Source of the DNA: Octopus bimaculoides
Taxonomy: Eukaryota
Assembly: GCF_001194135.2 (NCBI RefSeq)
Contig: NC_068992.1
Location: 5,418,681 to 5,482,680, forward strand
DNA length: 64,000 nt
Direction of reading: 5' to 3'
The notes under the pieces were generated by a model that worked only from the letters and a program-made list of their open reading frames with translations, ran no database searches and was not told the origin of the DNA. Numbering within the stretch: position 1 is the first letter of the stretch; the number at the start of each line of letters is the position of its first letter. A program made the translations under genes and the position numbers. Shown piece by piece: positions 37,621-50,787 of this stretch.

Positions 37621-40477
37621 CGGTTTGTAATCCTTTGGTGTTAATTGCAAAGGTTCAAAAGAAACATTAATTTTATCGATCTCATCGGATAAAATAGCCT
37701 GGGAAAACAATTAGCAATGTCCCTAGTTTCAGATACACCACCTCAAACATTAAAACCCTGATGTCACTATATTACGTCGTACATTCAAAAGCTAAATTTT
37801 CTAATATGATTAGATATCAAATTTAGTCACATTTCTTTTCATGGTAAGATTTCAGGAGATCCGTACTCCTCTACAACCGACAATATAAATAAACAACCAT
37901 TACACATTATTAGATATCATTATTAGATATCAGTAAATAAATTTGTTTGAGGAATTCATATGTAAATACCAGTAACATCTTACATATATTGGTCGATGGT
38001 ATAATTATATTGGGAGTCACACCATTCTCGAACAACCAGCAACCCCAAAGAATGTCTATTTTAGAATAAGTCTACATTTGTCTGACAAGAGTTGTTATCC
38101 AATGAACAAATTTAGCATGGATTGGCATATTCTTGTTCGAAAATTCCTAGTATCATAAAGAATGAATATGTAAATCAACGTTCGGATCCTAGTCGTTCGG
38201 GGTGAACATGATGATTTATAATAGGATGCATAGCATGAACAAATAATGTGTTACTTGAATTCATATTCAAGAGGCGCAAATGTTTGGTTCGATTGGGGAA
38301 ACACAAGAGTTTTGAAATATCGAGTGACATGAAATATCCTACCCTTGCGCTAAAGAATAGTGTATGTTCTCAAGACTCTTTCCTTTGAAAAATGAAGCCA
38401 ACCTCCAGTGATTAATTACAGCAGTGAATAGCATATTCAAGTTCCAATGCACCTACAAGTAATAGGCCAGGAATGCTGAAATTTTTATTGTCAACTGTCT
38501 CTTGTAATCTTGAATTCATGATATACTAATGTCTGGATTTGATATTGCATCTTGTGTTGTTCTTTGGCATCTGCGTCGAGGGTTCCGTTCTAATAAGGTA
38601 ACTGATTTTCCTTCTGAATTTGATCATTATATGATGGTAAAATTACACAAACACTTCGACCTTCTTGCGAGTCTCTTGCTACACACCGCTACTGCTCTTT
38701 CCTTATAACCCTTTTGTAAAATACTTCCTCTGGCAGTTCAACGAATCAAATATTTTCTGACATGAAGCATGCATTCATTTGCATTTTTTCGTGCGTGATT
38801 CGTACTTCAATTTCATTCGTTTGCTTTTCAGTACGGAACATTGATTAAAAGCAGAAAATCACACACAGTTTTCTGACAACTTGTGATGTTTCGTCCATTA
38901 TTAATCGTTCTTCTGTCGTCCTTGACCGATGCAATGAACACTTTTGAAGGAAATAATGACCCTGAATTGCGACCTATAGCAAAATACATTTGACTATAGA
39001 CATTAACGATATCAACCTATGCTGCATACGATAAAGCCAAAACTGTGTTATGTTCGACATTATATGAGAAGGATTATGCTCACATATATTTCCTTCATTG
39101 TGGTGAAAATGCAGTTGTAATCCTGGATTGAGCACGTTCAGAAACAAGGGGTCGAGGATGATCCACCTAAAATTAATGAAATTCATCTCGATTTTTTTCC
39201 CTTAATTTATCCCATAAATCTAAAGCATGCTTAAAACAAGATAAAAAACTGAATTTAAATTTTTGATATATTCCTTTCTTCACCACCAGCAATATTTTGA
39301 AATATCGGCATGCGAGGCGTTTCGAATCATTGAATGTTATGCATGATACATGGTAGCTGAAATTCCTGCTCAGATTGCGCGAACGCTTTGCCGCGTTTAA
39401 TATTCTCCCTCTCACACTCTCTCTCCTTCTTTCTGTCTACCCCACTTTCTCCTCCCGCTCTCTCTCTCTCTCTTTCTCTCTCTCTCTTTCTCTCTCTCTC
39501 TTTCTCTCTCTCTCTCCGCTCAAATGCATTTTAAAGTTAATACTCGTTAACGCAACCAACATAACTGATCATTATGAAACATGACACATCTTGATTCATA
39601 CAGGCCCTGATCTGAATACAAAGAGCTACAATTATTGTTCCAACAAACACAATATCTACTAGGCGTGCCAAAAAAAAAAAGATGGGTGAAAAACTGATTT
39701 GCTACATGTGACAGTCAAACCTAATACAAACCGCAATCTAGACATAAACAAGAAGTGATATTTGAGACATATAGACCAATTTATGATATATTCGAACTTA
39801 AAAGTGGTTCGGTAGACTTGAGGATTGCGAATTTGCTAAGGAACCAAAACATCATGTTTATTTATATATAATCCATTCCTTTCTAATCTTATGTTTAATG
39901 TAACAAAACAAAGAAATAAATTATGAAAAACGCTTCAGCATATTTAAAGCTACCTTAATAACGAAATGCATCTGCCTATTTGGAGCAAACCCTCTTTTTA
40001 TTGCTCAGGATTTTCGTGGATTAACTAATGCTATATGTATGGCGAGAAGATATAGCGAGGGACTTGTTTAAGAAATCACTTGAAAAGGCCCATTCTATAC
40101 CGGGAATGCGGAACCATCGATTGTACAGCACATCGAATATGAGCTACAGGTTCGAAAATGTGTCGAAACAATTGTAGAAATCTTAAATAAAGTATCTCAT
40201 GAATAAGATTATCTCCCTCTCTTTCTATCTATCTGTTTATCTCCCTCTCTATTTATCCATCCCTCCATCCATCCATCCAACCACCCATCCATCTATCCAT
40301 CCATCTGTCTATCTATCTATCTACCTCTCTATCTATCTATATATCCATCTATCAATCTCTCTATTTATTATTTATATACCTAAGTATTTATATCTATAAA
40401 TGTGAGTGTGCGTGTGCGTGTGTGTGTGAGTGTGTGTGTGTGTCTGCGTCTGTGTGTGTGCATGCACATACATGAGA

Positions 40478-40607
40478 TACTTTCTTTTCAGTTTCCTCTA
40501 CCAGATCCATTGCCAATGCTGTGGCTGACCCGAAGCCATAGTAAAAGACACTCGCCAAGGTGACATGGAGTGGAACTCAAAACCATGTTGTTCGGAAGCA
40601 AACTTCT
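40478..40607 (-). mobile_element. Type A SINE 5' half, diverged
   Basis: TTTCAGTTTCC..ACCAGATCC..CCATAGTAAAAGACACTCGCCAAGG..GAACTCAAAACCATGT..GGAAGCAA is the reverse complement of the type A head and core. Confidence 0.75.
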
Positions 40608-40628
40608 TTTCTGAAAGCCATTCTAGCT

Positions 40629-40671
<43 letters not shown>

Positions 40672-40676
40672 ACACC

Positions 40677-40742
<66 letters not shown>

Positions 40743-43081
40743 TTGCATTGTGTGGTGTGCGACTGAAAATGTGAGAGTGTGTGTGGCTGTGAATGTGTGA
40801 GTGAGTGTGTGTGTGAGTGTGTGTGTGTGTGTGTAAGTGTGTGTGTGTGTGTGTGTGTGTGTGAGTATTTAAAATAAAATCTACTTTAAATAATATGTAA
40901 ATGGGAAGTCAACTAAGCTCCAAAATAGGAACACTTTTTTACAGAAATTGTTTTAATATATACTTATTCATAAGTAAGCATCGAATCTTTATTAAAGAAA
41001 CGTATTGGATTTCAAGATTAAACAAATTCCGTTTTTATCTGTTATTCTATATATATTATGTTAGAAATTTCCCAAAATAACAGATTTTGATATGAAATGA
41101 TTTTTATATTCTGGATGGAATATGATAAAAATATTATCACATGATTTTCTGATTCTCTATTGTTACTTCAACACTTATCAGTTTTGTCTCTTTTCGTGTG
41201 AATATGATCGCGTATATATAGAACGGTAGGTATGTTAGCATGTAAGCATGAACAGAAACACGCAATTTTGTTTTTGAATAGCTGTAAATAAAACCTAAAT
41301 CTGTGATCATATGGAGAAAAGAAAATGTATATGACGTTTTCCATCACCATCGAAGTGCAAAATACAAACCATTGCTATACTTATACTTCCTGATAACATC
41401 TCTCATGGACACATGCAATTTCTATTTTCTGAACAATACTAATGCTTCTAAAATAACTTCTTTTTTCTTCATATTCTGCTAAATATGACAAGTATGAATG
41501 CCAGTTGAATCACATAAGATAAATGATTTCTTTAGATTTTATTTGATAATAATTGTTATTGTGGTTATTTGCTGTTGCTCGTTAATTCAGTTACAAAATT
41601 ATGATAATGAGTGTATATTATATCCCAACATTTAATACCCTAGAACAATATTGTAATAATTCATCCAAATATCAATGTTTACTTTCTTTTGTACATAAAC
41701 ATGCTTTCATCGGTAAGACGTGATTTGTTGAGGTAAATATTCATAAACTGACACACACCTGTATGCAAAGAAGCCAATATTTCCGCATGGCTGGTCATGT
41801 TTTCGCAAAATATTGGAAATGAAGGGCATTGCTTGTTTGATAGTTAAACTCATTTACAAATATTACGCTATGTCAAGACAACGTGACATACACACACAAA
41901 CACACTTACATGAAAATATATCCATATATACAATTATAAATGAGTGTGTTTGTGTGTATGTGTGTTAACTTATCACCAGAGACTCATGGGTTATTATTTA
42001 CTCCCTTATCCAAATATCTATATTTCAAGCTCTTCTATTTTTCTTACATCTCATTTCTCTCACTTCTACTATGCAGCTTATTTTATACGTCCAAACAGCG
42101 GGAAAACTCCATAAAGCACTTTTTATTTTTTCGCGTCATCCTCTCTACTGCATTGCTTCAAACATCTACAGTAAAACCGCATCAACATTATTAGATGTTT
42201 CAGCGTTCCCTGATAATTTGGAAATTTGTATTACATTTTTGTGAATCTCTAAAAAAAAGTCAACTGCTGCCAACATTAGCAGGATTACTTGGAGAAGCTC
42301 TCAAATAATTTGGTTGATAGACCTCACGGAAAACCACGGGTGAAAGCCATATTTTGAACTGCAGTATCTCCGTCTAAAATGATTTTAATATATATCTCAA
42401 ACACATTTGAGTGTGCTTTCCATTCATATCAGTGGGCAAACTTTGAAGTCAATTTTGAGATTTTATGATATATTTTTGTTTATTTTTTTAATCTTACCAT
42501 CTTATATGTTTTAACATGATTATATGTATGTATGTATGTAACATGTGAAGCATATATGAAGTGATTACTATGCCTATGTGGGATTAACACTGTACAGTGT
42601 ATAAGCTTTATAATTCATCCTCATGTAAATATCTAACCTGTGATTTCTATCTATATTCTGTATTTCGCTTATGCAAGCGCCTCTAACACGTATGTACACA
42701 CACATATTAATATCGTATAATCAATATATTGTATTTTCTGCACATATGATTATCATATTATGCCAGTGATAGCTCTTGAAGACACTGTTCTTAATTTATG
42801 TTCTATAATTTCTTATTTATAAACTATAATCCATATATTTGCAAGAAACAAAAATAGCTAGTTGTAAAACCTCAAGCAGAAACCAGAGTAGTAACTATAT
42901 GAACTAAACTATAATGTGGCGACTGACTTTACTTTTTCGTATAATTTCTACTCTAATTCATATATTATTCATTACAAACCGCTGCAGCGAACGTCTGGTG
43001 TCTTACTGTACTTTTTCTCCTTAAAATTTAGACCACTCCATATCTGGCTCTCTATCATCCTCAGAATTAATCCATCTACAT

Positions 43082-43410
43082 CAGAGGTTATCAAGCTTTT
43101 GGGGCCTCAACCGCTCATGACCACATAATACCCTCAGCGCCCCGCCCCTATTTTATGTATAAATGAATATTTTATATTTCACTAATTTATACATACTACG
43201 AATCATTTAATATTTAATATAACATTATAAAATGTGTATACAGTACTATAATATTATTATAAATTCATAGCGTCCCCTAATCCACTGCTTTCTTCCCAAC
43301 GCCTCCTTTTTCTCTACCAGCACCCCGCACCAACCCCTTGGACGCTAGCGCCTACCTGGACCCTCTCAATTCCCACCCGTGGGCTGTAGCGCCCACTTTG
43401 AGAACCTATG
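43082..43410. mobile_element. hAT (Charlie-like) MITE
   Basis: Ends CAGAGGTTATCAA ... TTGAGAACCTATG (reverse complement CATAGGTTCTCAA) resemble CAGTGGTTCTCAA TIRs. Left flank ATCTACAT resembles the NTCTAGAN target. No clean TSD. Confidence 0.6.
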
Positions 43411-43532
43411 ATTATTTAGATTCTACAACATTAGTTGTGACAGATAGCATATACTAAGTAATATTTTGTTTCTATTTTTAGGCGAAAACTAGAAATCTGT
43501 GAGGAACAACAAGTCCATTTTTACAACATTTG

Positions 43533-43660
43533 TACTTTACTTGTACTCATTGTATTGAGTTCGAGAGGATGAGAGCCAATGTCGGCTTGGGTGAAATTTG
43601 AACTCAGAAAATAAAGAGACAGAGGAAATGTCCCAAAACATTTCGTCCAGTGTCGTACGC
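43533..43660 (-). mobile_element. Type B SINE, old diverged copy
   Basis: GTACT..TTGAGTTCGAGAGGATGAGAGCCAATGTCGGCTTGGGTGAAATTTGAACTCAGAA aligns to 60750-60812. Confidence 0.65.
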
Positions 43661-43962
43661 TTGCGACATTTTATCGCCTGAAAATATCTAAGTAATAATG
43701 ATTCCAGCCAAAACCTTAGCTGGAATTATTATCTACCACCGCTCCCAATTTAATCCAACATAGATTGTGCGGCAAGCAAACATCTCTGGTCAAGCTCACA
43801 CTACGCATACGGGTTGATACCCTTTTTACATCTGAGAATTACTCATCCGCAACTGGATAATTTTTCACTACGGTATATTTAAAAATGTCTGCCTTACTTT
43901 CTCGTTTTTACTCTCCTCCCTCTTTCCCCCTTTCCCTTTCTCTCTCTATCCCTGTCTCTGCT

Positions 43963-43997
<35 letters not shown>

Positions 43998-44124
43998 AAG
44001 TGTTAGGACAGCGGTTGTGGGATATTGGTTGCAATGATCATGGTGAAACAGAAAATGCTCTTGGTGAAGCGGGATGCGATACTATGTTGGAGAAGGAAGC
44101 TGAAATAATTAAAGAAAGAACTAA

Positions 44125-44131
44125 AGAATGA

Positions 44132-44195
<64 letters not shown>

Positions 44196-44196
44196 A
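44125..44196. repeat. (GAAA)n microsatellite
   Basis: Direct tandem units. Confidence 0.93.
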
Positions 44197-45232
44197 ATGA
44201 GAACAGAAATGAAGAAGGAAAAGACAAGGAAAAAGAAAACGAAGTCGGGAAATTTCTTCAAATCTTTGGATTTCCAATCATCACGGGAAATCAAATCAGG
44301 AGAATAATTTATTTGTTTGCAACATTCAAATGTATCCTACCAAGGCCATGACTTATTTCCTTAGATACCTGATTTTCTGCATTGATATTCTAAAAAAATT
44401 GAATTTCTTTTCCAATCATTTAAAATATTGCCTTCAAATGAGAAATGATCTTTATGACAAAAAATAATAATAATAATAATAAACTGCTAATATTCACTTG
44501 GAAATTTATTTTGAAAATGCCAAAGCACCGTTTTCTGAATGTTGTGTGACAGAAGATAAAGGGATTACAGCTTTCTCTCAAACCAACGTTACGAATTTAA
44601 ACGAGGTTTGTCAGTTCAGTTGTTTTCCTATGTGTCAGGACTTTTGGAACCATGTGGATCATATCAGTAGAATGACACACAAAAAAGGCAAATGTTAATA
44701 ATATAAGTCAAATGATGTAATCGGTCGTAAATACAGACGTATTTATATTTATGGTTAATGTGTAGATGTGTGTGTATAGTACAAACACATACCCTTATAA
44801 GTAGATGTTGAAATATGCAGGTATATGTGTATGTATGTGTGTATGTATGTAATTAATTATCCATTTTCTTCGCATATCCATTGTCTTCATTTCTTTATTT
44901 CATTACTTCTCAATTTCTTTATTTCATTGTTTCCCTAATCTACACCATTCACATTTTCCTTATTCCTCTCCGAAGATGGGTTAACCCATATTTTGAGATA
45001 TCTCAGAAACAGCTGTAAGTCTAATTTTTTAGTAATAATAACGTTTATGACTTGAGATGTTTGTCATGCCTTAACATTTGTTGCCCTCTTTAACAGATAT
45101 ACATCTGCAATATCGGAACCCTAAAATGGTTCCATAACTTCCGTTTCGATTACGAATTTGGAGCCCTGGTAATCCATTACCGCACTTACCAAACGTACCT
45201 ATTCATTTAGATCACCTGTGAACTAAACCCAC

Positions 45233-45275
<43 letters not shown>

Positions 45276-45505
45276 ATATTATTAGGGACAAAANNNNNNN
45301 NNNNNNNNNNNNNNNNNNNNNNNNNNNNNNNNNNNNNNNNNNNNNNNNNNNNNNNNNNNNNNNNNNNNNNNNNNNNNNNNNNNNNNNNNNNNNNNNNNNN
45401 NNNNNNNNNNNNNNNNNNNNNNNNNNNNNNNNNNNNNNNNNNNNNNNNNNNNNNNNNNNNNNNNNNNNNGAGAGAGAGAGAAAGAGAGAGAGAAAGAAAG
45501 AAAGG

Positions 45506-45555
<50 letters not shown>

Positions 45556-46586
45556 TTATGGAACGTATGTTATAATTGTTTTATACAGCCCGTCGTTATC
45601 ACGAGCGTATGAACAGTGAAATCTCCATACTATACCATGGGTAAATTAATCATCTAGCTAATCTTGACGTAGGACGTATGTCGCATGCATTATATTTGCC
45701 TGGGACTATTGACCAGATATGTTTACCGAAAACTCTTCGCACCAATCAGATCACTACCAATGGTTTCCACTGTTTTTCTGAATATTTATTTACTCTTATT
45801 GTAAGTTATATTTGTCGGATAAAAGCATTTAACACTATTTCAAAATTTAATAAGGACTGATTCTAGGTTATTATTACAGCGTACTCAATTTCATTTTCTG
45901 TTGGGCTCTTGGAAACCTGTGACATCTCTTATCACTCTGTATTCTTCACAATTATCAAAATAATCTCAACTGGAACAGAACAAGCTTATGTGTTGAACAT
46001 AAAAATTCATAAATATATAACGTATTGTTAGAAGTGATTGAAGATTCAAAAGAATCTTTGAACTTGGGTCGGCTTCTGAATAAAATGCAGATGATATCAT
46101 ATTAGCAATTCATTATTTAATAGACATTACTCCTACTAGAGCCACAATATTTCTCTTTATTGTTAATGACGTCTTGGTAAACGTGTTTTTTGTCAATACA
46201 CATTGTTTAATTATTTTATAAGAATAGACAGTAATGCTATAAACAGTGGAATGAAACGATGTTTGATATTTCCGATTTGAATTTTGAATCTGAAAGATCT
46301 ATTCGTCTAAATTTGTGTTAAACATCAGTTCATCATTGATTTAAACATGAAACGAGAAGAATTCGTTTCAAATGAATCGTCTTTAATAATATTTAGAAAT
46401 ATATTTGATATAGTGTGATCCATTCTTCATTTACAGTGTAGAGATTGAGGGGTTTCAGTAAGTAAAAATAGGCTGATGAAATGTTGAGACGTTTGAACGC
46501 TGGCTTGTTCCTTTTGTTTCTCTAACCAGTCTATGGGTTTACCTATTTGTCTATCATTCAGCAATTATATATACACAAAGTTATAT

Positions 46587-46599
46587 AAGAGAGAGAGAG

Positions 46600-46679
<80 letters not shown>
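46587..46679. repeat. (GA)n/(GAAA) microsatellite
   Basis: Direct tandem units. Confidence 0.93.
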
Positions 46680-46683
<4 letters not shown>

Positions 46684-48079
46684 TGGGGAAGAGAATCGGT
46701 TGCATAGTGCTAAGAAGAGTGAAAGTTCGACAGGAGATACATAGATGTATTGCAAATCAACTCTGTATTAAATGCTATGCAATCATATTTGCATTGCATT
46801 ATGTTCGTGATTTGGGGGTTATTTTGACATAGAACCTTGAAAATTAAATACCCCGCATCACTTGAATTATTTAAAACTCTAAATGCGTCAACACGTTAAG
46901 TGGAATGCCGGTGTTAAATTCTTGTTTTTGGCCCAAGACTAATGATGGCAAATCAACAATGCAAGTCATTTATTGAATAACGTAGCGTGGACAGGATTTG
47001 ATTTTCATTAGATATTGTTGCTAAGCCTAATGGAGGAAACGTATAAATATCCGGCTTGATTCAGAATGATACCATGGGGCATAAGCTGCATTTGAATCAT
47101 TAACGAATTTCAGTATAAGTACGCTTCATTCACAACAGAATGGAATATAATGCTTAATGGAACAGAATCTTAGCTGTATGTTTAACTCAATCAATTTTAC
47201 TTATGAAATGAAGTCCTTTAATATTGGGGTTTAATATACAATTGATATCCTCACCCTGGTTATTATAAACATATTCATTTATGAATTATTCGACGTTGTA
47301 TTCAAATGAAAAGTAAAATGAATCGATAATATTCAATCAAAGAGGCAATCTCTTTGGCCTCTTGGCTTCTAAATTGCATGCCAGCTATAATGAGTTTATG
47401 CCTTGGCAGATTTAAGTTCTCAAATCACATCCTTAATAATGTGAATTTGTTGAACCCATGACTGCATTGTTATAACTACTCAATTGATTTAGGCCAGTAA
47501 ATGATTTGAAGTTTCTCTTCTTGTTAGTGCTGAATGCTGAGCTAGAACAATCATATAATCAGGTCATTTATGATTACATACTTAAATGTGATAAAACCTC
47601 TCACTTTCAAAACAAAGTTTACCAGTAACAAAGAATTCAATTCAATGAATAATTACAGTAAATTAGATTTATGAACATTTGATCTACGTCGTTAAAAATG
47701 CATTCAATCCTATTCCTTCTCCGTTCATTTTTCTTCACTTACAGGATCCTGTATATTATACCATTTCTTATAGTCTTTATAAGTGCTATTAAGTAAAGGA
47801 GATTTATATGGCAGAGTCGGAAAAGAATCGGTCAAAATAAAATTCAGGATGCTTCCGACATATTATGTTCTCGCTTTAAATCCACGTATTTCAGGTAGAT
47901 TAAGCAGCTATTCACAAAAGTTTTTACGTAACCATACAAGCTACATCATTTCCTTGACTACTTTCGAAGAAGCAAAGTTGGCAATTTTGGTTTACCATTT
48001 TCCAGGTGTAATGAGATATTTTATATATAATTTGAAACATATTAGTTATTTCATGTAAAACATGTTTAACCCATAGTAA

Positions 48080-48080
<1 letters not shown>

Positions 48081-48169
<89 letters not shown>

Positions 48170-48355
48170 GCATCAAAACATACCTCAGGAATGAGAAGCC
48201 TGGTTCGAAATTTCCCCCAAGACACCTGAAGAAAGGTTGGAGGGTATATGAGCCAAAACGCTGTGTTAGCAACAAAGAAAATGAGGACAAATATCCGTCA
48301 AATATAAATAATATAAATAACGTACATAATTCCTCATCTCTTCAATATAGAACTG
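48081..48355 (+). mobile_element. Type D element, headless copy: (AAT)n + hammerhead-like tail
   Basis: (AAT)n 48081-48168, then a tail homologous to 20763-20945. Motif GACAC-CUGAAGA-AA-GGUUG..GAGCC-AAAA-CG-CU-GUGUU at 48221-48267 (G12A, U16.1C). Confidence 0.8.
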
Positions 48356-49146
48356 TATTATGACAAAAATGTTATGCAATTTCTACAATAAATGTATAGA
48401 CTGGTAAACTCCAAGATAACTAGTACGTGATCTAGCCACGAACAGAGAATTAAAGCTTGTCCTGCATAAGCTTCTGTATGAAAGCAATTTATAACAGTAG
48501 CAAGGTTAAATGAAACACTTTCTCCTTGTTCGGTGTATTTAGGTTTCCAATTATACAAGAAACACTATCCAGAGTATGATAATAATGGTGCCTGTGTGAG
48601 TGTATACATACCGTATTGCCTAGATGCACACGCCTATGTATTTACATATGTATATAAATAGATTCATTAGTGAATCTTAGACTGGATCATGGATATTCAA
48701 CAGTTTGTCATTGTAGTAGGTTGTAGGCTGTCATATATTTTCGATTCGCACACAAAAATCTACAACTCGTTAAGAATGTCTACAGTATTTTTGAGTATTT
48801 TTTAGCCTCGTGAGAATAGATAAGAGAACTTTTAAAATAATGGATGTGAATTTTAGGAAGAACTAAGAACACATTTTGCGACGCCAGAAAATAAAGAAAT
48901 AAAAAATAAAAATAAGTAAACAGATAACAAATGAATAAATAATGAACTCGGAATGATTCGTACTGTTTGGCATTGAGACCGTATTCTTATTCGGCAGTCT
49001 ATCAAATAGTGTTAAAAGATATTGCTGCTGTGTCCCACGATGTATACGTACGGATAAATTCAATTGTGAGTTATAATCAACGCTAGCGTTCTAATCGCTA
49101 TAAATCACACGTAAGCAATGTACATGCTTTGCTTGTTTCAAGGTAG

Positions 49147-49331
49147 GCTGTTGTTAGCGCGGTGGGAATAACTCAAATCACCTGCTTAGATAAAGAAAAA
49201 AACGGCGAAACAATTATGTCTACAACGCTTAAAGTGTTTGTTTGGGGCGAGTTACCTCGCCTGTCAATATCTTTCAGGCATTTTGCATCCGGTGCAGTGA
49301 AGGAGGAGTTCCCACCGCGCTAATTTGCAGC
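49147..49331. repeat. GC-rich segment bounded by inverted repeats
   Basis: Perfect 15-bp IR TTAGCGCGGTGGGAA (49154-49168) / TTCCCACCGCGCTAA (49309-49323), with outer GCTG/CAGC. Confidence 0.8.
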
Positions 49332-50687
49332 GTATGAGGAAATAAATCACCTATATTGAGAATGTGAGGTCGATTATGCTCACAACTCTAGTGCTACTTC
49401 TATCTTATAATTGATTATATTCTTACGTATGCATCGCCGGAGCACACCAGTATATTATTTTTACACTATTTGTATATAATCATAGACTGAAAATTCAGTT
49501 CACCTCCAGATGTGTTCAGGTGCATTACGTTGATATGCCACAAAAACTAATGAACCATAGATGGCTACCGATCTTGAATGTTATTTGAGGCGAGATGTCT
49601 TGACTCTCTATGATTTTCATGTGTTTTGATATCAGGCGTTTTGAGGGAGTGAACCCGTCGGACTAAATTGCAACCTAACGGCCAACAATTGTGTGCATGT
49701 GTTCTTTTTTTTTTACATCAGGCAGATGGAATTAGGTGCCTCGAATCTCTTTTTGTTACTGAACGTGTTAAGGCTACAGAAAGCACAAAATGCTGTTTGA
49801 TCTATTGTGTAGTTCCCACTGTGAGGATGGTACTCATTCTCATCCGATTTTTTCATTATCAGAGGGAAATACAGATTTGTGGTTGTGGAAACGAACGACT
49901 CGGGACGCTCATAGAAATATCAAGAAGCTAATCCTCCAACCTTCCAGGAACCGTGGCTTCGACGAATGTATAAATCAAAAGTAAAATTAATTTTATAGTT
50001 TGCTTTTCTTTTTTCGAATTAGTAACTGAAGAAAATATGATGTAATTCAATTTCCACCGTATAAAAGAAAGAAACGNNNNNNNNNNNNNNNNNNNNNNNN
50101 NNNNNNNNNNNNNNNNNNNNNNNNNNNNNNNNNNNNNNNNNNNNNNNNNNNNNNNNNNNNNNNNNNNNNNNNNNNNNNNNNNNNNNNNNNNNNNNNNNNN
50201 NNNNNNNNNNNNNNNNNNNNNNNNNNNNNNNNNNNNNNNNNNNNNNNNNNNNNNNNNNNNNNNNNNNNNNNNNNNNNNNNNNNNNNNNNNNNNNNNNNNN
50301 NNNNNNNNNNNNNNNNNNNNNNNNNNNNNNNNNNNNNNNNNNNNNNNNNNNNNNNNNNNNNNNNNNNNNNNNNNNNNNNNNNNNNNNNNNNNNNNNNNNN
50401 NNNNNNNNNNNNNNNNNNNNNNNNNNNNNNNNNNNNNNNNNNNNNNNNNNNNNNNNNNNNNNNNNNNNNNNNNNNNNNNNNNNNNNNNNNNNNNNNNNNN
50501 NNNNNNNNNNNNNNNNNNNNNNNNNNNNNNNNNNNNNNNNNNNNNNNNNNNNNNNNNNNNNNNNNNNNNNNNNNNNNNNNNNNNNNNNNNNNNNNNNNNN
50601 NNNNNNNNNNNNNNNNNNNNNNNNNNNNNNNNNNNNNNNNNNNNNNNNNNNNNNNNNNNNNNNNNNNNNNNNNNNNNNNNNNNNNNN

Positions 50688-50727
<40 letters not shown>

Positions 50728-50754
50728 TATGTATATATAGTAAGAGAGAGAGCG

Positions 50755-50787
<33 letters not shown>

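Noticed and set aside
3342-37932. Small tandem duplications (GATGTAAATT near 3350, GTCAAAATATAAT at 5587/5679, TAGTCAAACAGT near 33302, CATTATTAGATAT near 37905)
   Set aside because: Typical slippage products with only two copies each; no array or spacer structure, so not CRISPR-like.
37950-39400. Microsatellite-free block considered as Helitron Rep or a host exon
   Set aside because: Stops occur in every frame I translated, and I found no recognisable Rep/helicase motifs.
3891-46500. Other CTGANGA hits (3891 minus, 12728, 30954, 46473 and similar)
   Set aside because: None has a helix II followed by GAAA and a paired NUH site; these are expected by chance.
47715-47795. Strong splice-acceptor-like tract (..TTCTTCACTTACAG|G) followed by hydrophobic ILYIIPFLIVFISAIK*
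   Set aside because: It is an isolated signal with no partner exon or homology; such tracts are common in AT-rich DNA.
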